From: Candidatus Micrarchaeota archaeon
GTDB lineage: Archaea; Micrarchaeota; Micrarchaeia; Anstonellales; J096
Direction of reading: 5' to 3'
Length of the DNA stretch: 64,000 bases
Assembly: GCA_026982895.1 (NCBI GenBank)
Contig: JALWQW010000003.1
Location: forward strand, 10,063-74,062
The position numbers and the translations under genes were made by a program. The notes below the pieces were generated by a model that saw nothing but the letters and a program-made list of their open reading frames with translations, searched no databases and was not told the origin of the DNA. Within the stretch, counting starts at the first letter, position 1; every line of letters begins with the position of its first letter. Positions 19,610-28,799 of the stretch are shown here, piece by piece.

Positions 19610-20308
19610 TTAAAATAGGGACTTGAATCTCATAGCGTCGTCGTACATATACACATTGTTGAAGAGGATATAATCGCCGTTTTTAGTGACTCGTTTCACT
19701 TCCCTAAGCTCGTCGTCGCTGAATTTATAATCGTACATCATTCTCTCACCAAAGCCATGAAGACGATAATAATTGAAGGGTTGTTTTCTGAATGGCTTTT
19801 GCCTTAATGGGTCTATGACATGGATAATGTCAAGCTCTTCAAACAGTGGCTCAATGATTTCTCTAGTCCATTCTTCCTTCCATCTAACCTCCCAACCGAT
19901 TGTTAAGTCTCCCCTATCAATCATTGAAAAGAATCTCTTGGCATTATTTATGTGCTCGGCAGTGGGCATAAAATGTTTATGTGGTGTTTGGAATATAACG
20001 ACTTTGCTCTCCAATGCCTTAACAATCTCTAGAAATTCCTTCCAAACTGCCTTGCTCCCTTCTCTAAATTTATATTCATGCGTTATTGTTTTCGGCGCCT
20101 TTACTGTGAATTCAAACCTGTCATTAATCCCTCTCGCCTTTTTCAGCCACTTCTCAGCAGTACTCACACGAGGCAGACGGTAAAAGGTGCTATTTACTTC
20201 GACAACATCAAAGTGCTTAGCATAGAGCTCAAGCTTATCGCCTTTATCAGGAAATCTCGACCAGCCACATGTTCCTGTTTTCACATTTTTGGGCATAATC
20301 CTTCTCAT
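19610..20308 (-). CDS. DUF72 family protein
   Basis: GTCGW, VEVNSTFYRLP, FTVKAP..ITH, YYRLHG, FNN motifs. Confidence 0.9.
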   Translation of the reverse strand: MRRIMPKNVKTGTCGWSRFPDKGDKLELYAKHFDVVEVNSTFYRLPRVSTAEKWLKKARGINDRFEFTVKAPKTITHEYKFREGSKAVWKEFLEIVKALESKVVIFQTPHKHFMPTAEHINNAKRFFSMIDRGDLTIGWEVRWKEEWTREIIEPLFEELDIIHVIDPLRQKPFRKQPFNYYRLHGFGERMMYDYKFSDDELREVKRVTKNGDYILFNNVYMYDDAMRFKSLF

Positions 20309-20344
20309 CCTCCGACTTTTAAATACTTTTGCTCATAATTTAGC

Positions 20345-21031
20345 ATGAAATTGAGTAAGAAGGATGCCGAATATCTTGTATCGGCGTTTGACATCTATTT
20401 TGGTGGTGACCTAACAGAAGTGAGCAACGAGAAAAAGGAAGAAATATATCGCCTTCTGTTAGACAATGCACCCTCTTTCCCACTTTCATTGGCGAAAGAA
20501 GTATTGGAATCCCACCCAAGTGAGAGCGAAGTTCTATGGTTGGAAAGGACTGCTAAAGGCGAGGAGAACGCGGAGTTCATGAAGCGCGTCTTCCAATTAA
20601 CTCTTCGCATGAGGAAAGAATTGAAGGATAGGGAGGTATGGCGTATCGCCTCTGATATTGCGTCCAATTCTGTGCCAGTAGATCCAGAGGACTTTCTTTA
20701 TCTCTTTGCTGCTATTCCTAAATTTATAGCTAAACCAAGAACTATACCCTCTCTTGCACGACTTTTGGCTAATCCCAAAGCAATAATATCTATTCGTAAT
20801 GAGGGGGCTCTTGCTGCTTTAGGAAATATTTTAGAGGCTGCCGAAGATAATGATTATGAGCAGGTTAAACTCATTTCAAAAGCTTTACTTAAAGCACCGT
20901 CTCTTGTGAAACTTTATAAATGGCGTGATGAGCTTGAGATTAAGAAGTTTGAAAAGATGGGCTGGAAGGTTGAAATTGATCGGACAGGTAGAGGGGGAAG
21001 CTGGAAGTTCACTCTTAAGGATAAGGAGTAA
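20345..21031 (+). CDS. Hypothetical alpha-helical protein
   Basis: 228-aa ORF with TATA-like TTTTAAAT upstream; 8-nt gap to the next gene. Confidence 0.65.
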   Translation: MKLSKKDAEYLVSAFDIYFGGDLTEVSNEKKEEIYRLLLDNAPSFPLSLAKEVLESHPSESEVLWLERTAKGEENAEFMKRVFQLTLRMRKELKDREVWRIASDIASNSVPVDPEDFLYLFAAIPKFIAKPRTIPSLARLLANPKAIISIRNEGALAALGNILEAAEDNDYEQVKLISKALLKAPSLVKLYKWRDELEIKKFEKMGWKVEIDRTGRGGSWKFTLKDKE

Positions 21032-21039
21032 GTGATATC

Positions 21040-22953
21040 ATGAGCCTGGCAGATTGGGTCGTTCCTTTTTACTATCTCCGTGATGTGAAAAAGGAGGTTA
21101 GAGAGGCGTGTGCTGCTTCTCCCACTGCTTGCACTGCTACTATATCTTTGTATAGTTTGTCAGTCGTAGCAGACACTCTGTCCGTTCTCGGAGCTCTTTT
21201 CACCTTTGGCACATCTGTTGGGGCAGGATATGGAATTAAAATAGCTATCCGCGAGGCTGCTCTTCGCATTATCAAAGAGACTACTGCCGTTGGACTTGTA
21301 GATATACTTAAACCAGGATCTAAGAAGTTGGCAGAGGGCTTGGCTGGTGCTGTGAGAGGCTTGCATGAGGCAGCAGAGGAGGGACGGTTAAGCTGGGCTG
21401 CCGCTAGTAAGAAGGTTTTGGATATGTATGATTCAGCCAGGCATTATTTTGAGGAAATAGGTGTTCCTCAGCTTTTCAGAGATGCTACTAAACTTTCGTC
21501 CAAGCAGATGAAGACTCTTTTTGGCGAGGAATTCTATAAACTTCTTAAAAAGGGAAAGGAGCTCCCCTCCGCTGTCATTGCTGCTGATAAAAAAGCTATG
21601 TGGCTATCCAACCTCTTTAGTGGGCAATTGGGCGATACAATGCTTGCATTTTATAGAGTGAGCACCAGCCAAGCTATTTTGGATGTCGAGAGGAAGTATG
21701 GTGTAAAAGTTGTCTTATATCCTTTCGGCGGGGATGAAACACTCATGTTAATCCTTCACACAAATGGGAAGGTTGTAGAGGCTGCTGCTAATGAAATCAA
21801 AGAAAGGACGCTGAAGTACATGGAGAAACTTGTAAAAAAAGCTGCTGAGAAGGATCCTGCTTTAAAGGGCGTCATGGACAAAGTGAGCGGCGTAGAATTT
21901 AATATCGCTTATGTCACAACAAAAATGAAAAAGGGTAAAGTTTTATTCAAATCACCTTTTGTTGGGAGGAGGATTAAGTCTTTATCAGCTCACATGGCAA
22001 ACATAGAGGCGAAGCGCTTACTCGGGAAACTGCCTCTAAAACAAAGGCTCATGTTCAAGACTTTACAGAGGCGCATCGCCAAATATGCGCCTAAATTTGC
22101 TCCGGGTATAAAAGATGCTATTGAGGTTGAGAATGCCGTTAAACTTGGTGAAGGCACTTTTACGGCTTTTCGTATAGGGGTGGCGAATGAAAAGAGCTTG
22201 TCTAGTTTTTGGCTACTCACTGAAAAAGCTGGAAAGGCTCTTATGCATGTTAAAAATAAGCAGTTAGGTATCTCGACACTTAACCTTTTGGGGCATGGCT
22301 TTGCTGATAATATGAGGGCGATGGTCATAGATGCTGTCCATGAGGCGGCTGAAGCTATGGGAAAAGAAGTAAAGGTTTATCTTGTTAAGGATGGAGGGCC
22401 CCTTTCCATATACATCGAGGGCTTATCTAAGACAGAATCTGCGGCTGTGCTTAAAAAAGCCCAACAAATCTTTTTGGACAAAGCAGAGTCCTTAGGCATC
22501 TCTAAATGGGGATTCAGGCTTAGAACATTCACAGGAGAGACGAGGGAAGCGCTCACATATAATGTTAGGTTATCTAAATATGGTACAAAGTTCTGTGGAG
22601 ATGCTCTTCATGTGTTTGAAGACAATCGTGAAACAATTTATACTTATTTAGCGGTTGCTAAATGGGATGACGCGCATTTCAAGCTCGCTCTTTCTGCTAT
22701 AGATAAGACGGGATTAGATGGTTTAAAGGCAGTGCTTAAAGAATCTTTGAAGATATGGCACGATAATCCTTCTGCTAGGAATATAGAGGATTTCCTCACG
22801 ATTTTAGGCGAAGTGGCTACAGGTAGAGGCATAAAACTCACTCAAAAGAATTTCAGCAGGCTTATTTATGGCCTTACTACCGCAGGCATATCGTTGAAGG
22901 CAACAACTGCTGGCGGCATACAGGAAGAGAAGATGGAACGCGAAATTAAATGA
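21040..22953 (+). CDS. Protein with N-terminal hydrophobic segment and two GGDEF-like palm domains (one GGDET, one degenerate)
   Basis: AVIAAD...SN...GDTML...YPFGGDETLMLI; second unit TLNLLGHGFADN...VKDGGPLSIYI. Confidence 0.55.
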   Translation: MSLADWVVPFYYLRDVKKEVREACAASPTACTATISLYSLSVVADTLSVLGALFTFGTSVGAGYGIKIAIREAALRIIKETTAVGLVDILKPGSKKLAEGLAGAVRGLHEAAEEGRLSWAAASKKVLDMYDSARHYFEEIGVPQLFRDATKLSSKQMKTLFGEEFYKLLKKGKELPSAVIAADKKAMWLSNLFSGQLGDTMLAFYRVSTSQAILDVERKYGVKVVLYPFGGDETLMLILHTNGKVVEAAANEIKERTLKYMEKLVKKAAEKDPALKGVMDKVSGVEFNIAYVTTKMKKGKVLFKSPFVGRRIKSLSAHMANIEAKRLLGKLPLKQRLMFKTLQRRIAKYAPKFAPGIKDAIEVENAVKLGEGTFTAFRIGVANEKSLSSFWLLTEKAGKALMHVKNKQLGISTLNLLGHGFADNMRAMVIDAVHEAAEAMGKEVKVYLVKDGGPLSIYIEGLSKTESAAVLKKAQQIFLDKAESLGISKWGFRLRTFTGETREALTYNVRLSKYGTKFCGDALHVFEDNRETIYTYLAVAKWDDAHFKLALSAIDKTGLDGLKAVLKESLKIWHDNPSARNIEDFLTILGEVATGRGIKLTQKNFSRLIYGLTTAGISLKATTAGGIQEEKMEREIK

Positions 22954-22995
22954 GCTAATAATATGGCTTATATATGTTTCCCTTCTTAATTCGCT

Positions 22996-23865
22996 GTGAT
23001 TGTAATTATAGGAAGATCTAGATTAGGCTTGGCTATAAAGGCACGTTTGCCAGGAGCCAAGGTTTTATCTAGACAGGAAGGCATTCAATACACAGAAGAG
23101 GGTCTTAAACCCTACCTTAAACATGCTGAAGTTGTCATCGTAGCGGCTGGCAGAACTCGAGGGAATGAAGAAGAACTCTTTAAAGAACATGTCGGGCTGG
23201 CAAAGGCTGTTGTTAAAGCTGCTCCTAAAAACATTCCAATACTTTATGCTTCGAGTATCTCCGTGTATGGTAAAGGTGCAGTGGTTGGTGATGAATCACT
23301 TCCCTTGAACCCTGACACACCCTATGCAAAGGCCAAAGCAGCGGCTGAAAAAGAGATACTCAAACATTCCAACTCAATCGTATTTCGCATAGGCACTATG
23401 TATGGGTTTGAATACAAGAATTACTCCACTATGTTCTCATTTATAAGACGGGGTTTTGTCCCTATATTTGGCAATGGTGAAAATAATGTTCCCTTCACAT
23501 ATATAAGGGACGTCGCCAAAGCATTCTCCATCGCTGTCGATATGCTATTAAAGGGTAAAGAATTGAATCATCGAATATATAACATATCTTCTAAGGGCGC
23601 TACATTGAACACAACCTTGAATATCGCTGCAAAGTATCTCGGAAGAAAGCCTTTCATATTACATATATCTCTGTCATTGGCCAAAATTCTCGGCAGAGTC
23701 TGCGATTTCTTCAATTGTTTGTTTAACACGGAGACTGTTTTAAGCCTCTCTTCGGATAGACATATAAACAGTTTGAGGGCTAAAAACGAAGGTTTGTTTA
23801 ACGAAACACCTATTGAAGAAGGTATTAAAGAGGTGGTGAGTGAGTATGAGCGAAGAAATAGATGA
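22996..23865 (+). CDS. NAD-dependent epimerase/dehydratase (extended SDR)
   Basis: YASSISVYG, YxxxK (YAKAK), FRIGTMYG, FTYIRDVA, YNIS. Confidence 0.85.
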   Translation: MIVIIGRSRLGLAIKARLPGAKVLSRQEGIQYTEEGLKPYLKHAEVVIVAAGRTRGNEEELFKEHVGLAKAVVKAAPKNIPILYASSISVYGKGAVVGDESLPLNPDTPYAKAKAAAEKEILKHSNSIVFRIGTMYGFEYKNYSTMFSFIRRGFVPIFGNGENNVPFTYIRDVAKAFSIAVDMLLKGKELNHRIYNISSKGATLNTTLNIAAKYLGRKPFILHISLSLAKILGRVCDFFNCLFNTETVLSLSSDRHINSLRAKNEGLFNETPIEEGIKEVVSEYERRNR

Positions 23866-24595
23866 GATAGAGCTTTTTTACAATAAGAGTGCTGTCGAGA
23901 ATGCCAATTATTACTTTAACTTGGCTAAAAAAATGAAGAAGAAATCAGAAGGGGCTAAAGCGGCTATAGAGCGAATGGAAAAGGAACTTAAAGCCGAGAA
24001 GAAGGCAAAGCCAAAACCTTCTCTTTCTTTCGAAGTGGCTGACGCCAAAGACCACATCAAAACAGTGACTAGTGCAGGCTTAACCCTGCTTGTGGGCAAA
24101 GATGCCTCCTCTAACGGGCGTCTATTTCGTTCTATGGAAAAAGAAGACTTATTTTTTCATGCTGACATCGTCGGTGCCTCGACAGTCATATTAAAGAAAG
24201 GCGTATCAGCACCCCTAAAAGATAAGTTGGAGGCGGCCACATTTGCCGCTAGCTATAGTAAGGCGTGGAAGTTGGATTACAATAGTGCCCATGTTTATGC
24301 TGTTATGAAAGACCAAATCATATCGATGGCTAAAGCAGGACAATATACTTTTGAAGGCCAAAGAGAGTGGTTCAAGAATGCAGCCCTTCGCCTTGTTATG
24401 GGCATTCATAGAGCTAAGCTCAACATTTTCGCCGCTAATACTCGGTTGGATGTGAGAAAGCCTGTTTACATTAGCCCCGGCGGGAAGCTGAAAAAAGATG
24501 CTGCTGCCAAATGGTTGGCTAAATTCTATGGGGCTGATGAGGCGAAGATAAAGGCGCTCTTGCCCTCTGGAAAATTCTATCTAAAGAAGGCTTGA
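23846..24595 (+). CDS. NFACT/Rqc2 C-terminal half with NFACT-R (DUF814) domain
   Basis: KSAVENANYYF..AKK.K.K.EGA..A coiled coil, VGKDASSN, FFHADIVGAS, AA.FAASYSKAWK, G.REWF. Confidence 0.85.
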   Translation: MSEEIDEIELFYNKSAVENANYYFNLAKKMKKKSEGAKAAIERMEKELKAEKKAKPKPSLSFEVADAKDHIKTVTSAGLTLLVGKDASSNGRLFRSMEKEDLFFHADIVGASTVILKKGVSAPLKDKLEAATFAASYSKAWKLDYNSAHVYAVMKDQIISMAKAGQYTFEGQREWFKNAALRLVMGIHRAKLNIFAANTRLDVRKPVYISPGGKLKKDAAAKWLAKFYGADEAKIKALLPSGKFYLKKA

Positions 24596-25324
24596 AAGGA
24601 AGCGTAGATATTCATCTAAATCGTTGAAGACGCGCTTAGCCCCCTTTTGATAGAGCCATTCCTTTCGACCCATGCCCGAATAAATTGCATAGGTTTCGAA
24701 GCCTGCTTTTACACCACCTTCTACATCATGAGCTCCGTCGCATACATAAATGATGGTTTCACTGCTTAGCCCACTCTTTTCGAGGGCTGTTTTGTATATC
24801 TCAGGATGTGGCTTTTTAACATCAATGTGGTGGGAGCTGACGAGGACAGAAAATTTGTCTATGAATGGAAGATTTTTCCTCACGAAGTAGGGGTCGTCGT
24901 TTGTTATTATACCAAGCACATGCTGCTTATAAAGGTCGTCGAAAATTTCCACATGATTTGGTTTGAAGAGGGGTTTGCTTCCCTTTGCCTTTATGTGTTT
25001 CACAAACATTTTATGATAAAGTTCGTTGCTTATATCGCCGATATCTTTTGGAAGACCCTCTATTAATATTTCAGCTTCCCTCTCAGCTTCTTCCACCTTT
25101 TCTTTGTTTAAGCGTCCCATAAGTTCATCCTTACTGTGTTCTATCATAAGTGGGAGGAGGACTGCGTTGCCAGACAGTGGCGGGACGCCTCTGAAAAAAA
25201 CATAGTCTTCATAGCTGTAATCCCTCTCGTATTTTGCATTGAATTCCTGGAGGAAAGACTTAATGGCATCTTCATATGTCAAAAATACACCATTAACATC
25301 GAAAAACAAGCCTCGTTTATTCAT
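24581..25324 (-). CDS. HAD-superfamily hydrolase
   Basis: FFDVNGV, GIITND, KKPHPEIY, YVCDGAHD motifs I-IV. Confidence 0.85.
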   Translation of the reverse strand: MNKRGLFFDVNGVFLTYEDAIKSFLQEFNAKYERDYSYEDYVFFRGVPPLSGNAVLLPLMIEHSKDELMGRLNKEKVEEAEREAEILIEGLPKDIGDISNELYHKMFVKHIKAKGSKPLFKPNHVEIFDDLYKQHVLGIITNDDPYFVRKNLPFIDKFSVLVSSHHIDVKKPHPEIYKTALEKSGLSSETIIYVCDGAHDVEGGVKAGFETYAIYSGMGRKEWLYQKGAKRVFNDLDEYLRFLSSLL

Positions 25325-25425
25325 ATCTGCTTTTTGAGCAAAGGGATTAAAAAGCTCATCCTTGACCGCTTTTTATGCCCTGCACGCTAAACAATATTTT
25401 TAAACTATTCGTCAGAAAGGCAAGC

Positions 25426-25845
25426 ATGGCAAATTTATTTGAATTATCAGGTGTAATTGGAGGTATCATTATAGCAGGTTCGTATATACCTCAAATATAC
25501 AAGTTGTTAAAGACGAAGACAGCTAGAGGCATCTCAACAATCTTCGTGACGGCTCTGCTTGTTGGAAGCTTACTTCTCCTCATATATTCTTTATATGCTG
25601 GCGATGCGCTTTTCATAGCCTTAAACGCCTCTGCTAGTATCTTGGCTGGCACTGTTTTGGCTTTGTCTATTTACTACAAGTATCATGAAAATGAAGGCTC
25701 TGGTAAGCTCATAAGGAAAGTGCTACCTAAAAAGGCGGGTAAAGGCAAAGTTGAGAAAAGCAATGCAAGACCAAAAAAGCCGAAAAGGGGTTCCAGAGCT
25801 TCAAAAAGAGGCTCTTCTAAAAAGAGCAAAAAGAAAAAGGCATAG
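25426..25845 (+). CDS. PQ-loop/SemiSWEET-like 3-TM protein with Lys-rich tail
   Basis: YIPQIYKLLKTKTARGIS PQ-loop, three TMs, basic low-complexity C-terminus. Confidence 0.8.
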   Translation: MANLFELSGVIGGIIIAGSYIPQIYKLLKTKTARGISTIFVTALLVGSLLLLIYSLYAGDALFIALNASASILAGTVLALSIYYKYHENEGSGKLIRKVLPKKAGKGKVEKSNARPKKPKRGSRASKRGSSKKSKKKKA

Positions 25846-25885
25846 AGAAATACGAGGATTTAAGTAAGTGCTTAAGAATTTAAGA

Positions 25886-26542
25886 TCAAATCTCTATATT
25901 TTCACCAGGCTTCATGAATTCGGCGTGCTTTTTTATCTCTTCGCGCATTTCTTCGCTTAATTTTATGGGCGGGAATGTGTCATAGTGCATAGCTATAATG
26001 CGCTTTGCCTTTAACATTCTTTTAGCGAGTGGCAGCTCTTTAGCTCCCATTGTAAAATGTCCGCCTACCGGAAGGAGAGCCAAGTCTATATTGAAGAGCT
26101 CGCTTATGAGCTCCATGCCTTTGAAAACGCCTGTATCTCCTGCGTGGTAAATTATTTTTTCCTCTAACCTAACGATGAATCCACATGGTAGGCCGTATGG
26201 CGAGGTATGCTGTGCTTCTGTAAGATATATCTCCATACCGTCCAAGGAAAAACGGCCACCTATATTGGCTCCAATACCTTTTCCACCCCTTTCTGCCAAC
26301 GCGTTTATCAGCTCAAAGACGCTGATAGCCTTTCCGAAGCCATTTTTCGTCAGCTCAACCGCTTCGTTAAATCCGTGATCTCTATGCCCATGAGTTATGA
26401 AGATGTGCGTCGGTTTCCACACCTTCGTTTGTTCCATTGTCCAAGCTGCCATAGGATTGCTCTCTATCCACGGGTCAAAGAGTAGTCGCTTATCTCCACT
26501 CTCGATGGCAAAAGCCGCGTGTCCTATGTATGTGATTTTCAT
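25886..26542 (-). CDS. Metallo-beta-lactamase-fold hydrolase (UPF0173-like)
   Basis: GHA.F, DPW, THGHRDH, YHAGDT, LPVGG.FTM, MHYDTFP. Confidence 0.9.
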   Translation of the reverse strand: MKITYIGHAAFAIESGDKRLLFDPWIESNPMAAWTMEQTKVWKPTHIFITHGHRDHGFNEAVELTKNGFGKAISVFELINALAERGGKGIGANIGGRFSLDGMEIYLTEAQHTSPYGLPCGFIVRLEEKIIYHAGDTGVFKGMELISELFNIDLALLPVGGHFTMGAKELPLAKRMLKAKRIIAMHYDTFPPIKLSEEMREEIKKHAEFMKPGENIEI

Positions 26543-26635
26543 GTTTTTTTCTTTGTGTGTAAGGTTTTAAGGCCTTCCACAATACTTTTCCACCCTTCAC
26601 TAATACTTTTAAATACTTACTAACACAATATTTAT

Positions 26636-27490
26636 ATGAATCCTGTTAGTGACAACAAGCTACAAGACAATAAATCAGCCCTGCTTAAACCTTTTCCAAG
26701 GAAGGCCTATGATATAAAGGCATATTCTAAAGCCAACATTGACTTAAAACTCCTCGTGGAAACATTGAAAATAAAGTATGATAAAATAGCCCCTTCTATA
26801 GATGGATTCTTCAAAGCCCTTCCACATATAGACGGTGTAAAAGGGATTGCTTTGGTTGGAACATCCGTTTATTACCCATGGCATGCTAAATCATTTAGCG
26901 ATATTGACTTAATGATTTTCGACGATAGAGGAAATGTGAGGAAGTTCTTTTTGGCTTATTCCCGCATGTATCCTGAATTTGGGAGAGCTGTTAATATACT
27001 GCCTTTTTCATTGGATGTTTTTGTTTCGTCCAGAACTCCTGAAGATATCTATACCAAGCACCAACCTCTTTCTTCTGCCCTTTATATCTTAAAATCCTCC
27101 AACGGTGTCATTGAAAGGATTGAACAGCTTCGTTCAACATTGACAGAAAAAGAGCAGAAGATGCTTCTTGTATTAACAGCCCTTCATCAAGTTCGTTCTT
27201 ATCTTGTTAAGAAAGTTTCTGAAGGCGCACACATGCCTTATAGCCCTCTCTTTATGCATGCCGACCCGCTCAGTGGTTATGTTTCCATGATTGGCGGCGT
27301 TATTCTTGCTCTTAAATCATCAAAAAACTTGGTGGAACCTGCGTTGGCTCATGCTTACTCCAAACGACCATTTACCCCTGACTTTCAGAGGACATTTGCA
27401 AATTACCTTCATAAGGTCGTAGAGAGGTCGGACTATTGGTTGGACAGCAAATTGTTGGACATGTTCGAACCCTTTGTAGAGGTGGGCTAA
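26636..27490 (+). CDS. Putative Pol-beta superfamily nucleotidyltransferase
   Basis: GIALVGTS...SDIDLMIFD (hhhGS...DxD pattern) followed by a helical C-terminal region. Confidence 0.55.
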   Translation: MNPVSDNKLQDNKSALLKPFPRKAYDIKAYSKANIDLKLLVETLKIKYDKIAPSIDGFFKALPHIDGVKGIALVGTSVYYPWHAKSFSDIDLMIFDDRGNVRKFFLAYSRMYPEFGRAVNILPFSLDVFVSSRTPEDIYTKHQPLSSALYILKSSNGVIERIEQLRSTLTEKEQKMLLVLTALHQVRSYLVKKVSEGAHMPYSPLFMHADPLSGYVSMIGGVILALKSSKNLVEPALAHAYSKRPFTPDFQRTFANYLHKVVERSDYWLDSKLLDMFEPFVEVG

Positions 27491-28191
27491 TGGTTAAAGG
27501 GAGTTTCTTTAAGGGGCTAGTTCTTGGCGGTGCTTTGTATTCTACTATTGTAGGCTCGTCTGTCTATAAAGAAATTGGAAAAGATGTTGGTGCGTATCTG
27601 AAGGATTTTATCAAATACTCTTTTAAGAATAAGAAGCCCTTATTGGATACAAACTTCATCCATATCTCTGAAACCACATCTGCTTTATTTTTATCTTCAA
27701 AGCTTCAATTCATTCCTGTTAAACACACTTCTTCTGGGAAGCCCTACATTGTTCTCTCAGCCAAGCAACCTTTTTTCTTAGCCTCGAGGGATGTTGAATT
27801 TTACCGTAACATCTATTTCATGCTCCCTAATGATAAAGATCATTACCAAGTATTTGTTTTTCGTAAGTCTCTTTTCCTATTTAATCAAGATACAAATGAA
27901 TTTTCAGCGTGGCAGTTTACGCCAAAACCAATACTTATTAGACGGTGGATGCCACCATTAAACTGTGAAAATTGCCAAAGCCCTACGCTTAATTATTCTG
28001 CGAGGATAACAGCGTACGAGAAGACTCTTTTTTTATCCCTTTTAAAATTCAGGGGCTCTCAACCTAAACCTTGTGGTTCTTCACTTGTTATACTAGACAC
28101 CTATTTAAACCCTTCCAATCCAAACAACTCTGTGATGACACACAGGTTTTCTGATGCTTTTGGAAGCGATGATGAATATCTGGAGCGCTGA
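27490..28191 (+). CDS. Hypothetical protein with N-terminal hydrophobic segment
   Basis: ATG overlaps the upstream stop (TAATG) after GAGGTG; no recognised family. Confidence 0.55.
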   Translation: MVKGSFFKGLVLGGALYSTIVGSSVYKEIGKDVGAYLKDFIKYSFKNKKPLLDTNFIHISETTSALFLSSKLQFIPVKHTSSGKPYIVLSAKQPFFLASRDVEFYRNIYFMLPNDKDHYQVFVFRKSLFLFNQDTNEFSAWQFTPKPILIRRWMPPLNCENCQSPTLNYSARITAYEKTLFLSLLKFRGSQPKPCGSSLVILDTYLNPSNPNNSVMTHRFSDAFGSDDEYLER

Positions 28192-28195
28192 TATA

Positions 28196-28738
28196 ATGAA
28201 AAAGTTAATTTTGCTCTGTGGTAAGAGGGCAAGCGGGAAGTCGCTTTTTAAGGAGGTTGCGACAACCCACTCCCTTCCATTCTTTGAAATGTCGGATGTT
28301 GTTTTTAACATGATGCGAGAGCAATCCATTCCAATAAACAGCGAGAGCACTGCCCAGTTTGCGAAGTCTCTTCGGAAAAAAGAGGGTGAAGCTGCTGTCG
28401 CCAAACATCTTCTTCCGCTATTAGAAGAAACGAATGCATCATTCATCATTGTAAGTGGCTTAAGAAGTGTTGAGGAATTAAACCTTTTCAAAAGCGAGTA
28501 CAACGCGATTCTCGTTGAGGTAAGGGCAAAAGATGAGCTTCGCTTCAGGAGAAGTTTAGATAGAGCTAGACCCTCTGATCCCAAAACATTAGACGAATTT
28601 CTGGCCAGGGAGAAGGCTGAAGCTGCTCTAGGCGTTGAAGAGCTCATAAAAATGGCTGATATCATTATAGAGAACAATGATATGAAAGAGGATTTCTACA
28701 AAAAAATCGAGGATTTTTTTGCTTTTTTAGAGATATAA
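28196..28738 (+). CDS. Nucleotide kinase-like P-loop protein (archaeal dephospho-CoA kinase-like/UPF0200)
   Basis: CGKRASGKS Walker A, MSDVV, GLRS..E, RF.R...RAR..D, ADIIIEN. Confidence 0.8.
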   Translation: MKKLILLCGKRASGKSLFKEVATTHSLPFFEMSDVVFNMMREQSIPINSESTAQFAKSLRKKEGEAAVAKHLLPLLEETNASFIIVSGLRSVEELNLFKSEYNAILVEVRAKDELRFRRSLDRARPSDPKTLDEFLAREKAEAALGVEELIKMADIIIENNDMKEDFYKKIEDFFAFLEI

Positions 28739-28799
28739 TAAAGGGCCATTCAAAGAATATGAGATACTGCCTTAAAGATAAAAATAAAAGATGGAAAGT

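Noticed and set aside
21040..22953. Cas10/Cmr2 call for the GGDE-containing protein
   Set aside because: The motif is GGDE not GGDD, there is no HD domain or Zn finger, and no cas genes or CRISPR array are nearby.
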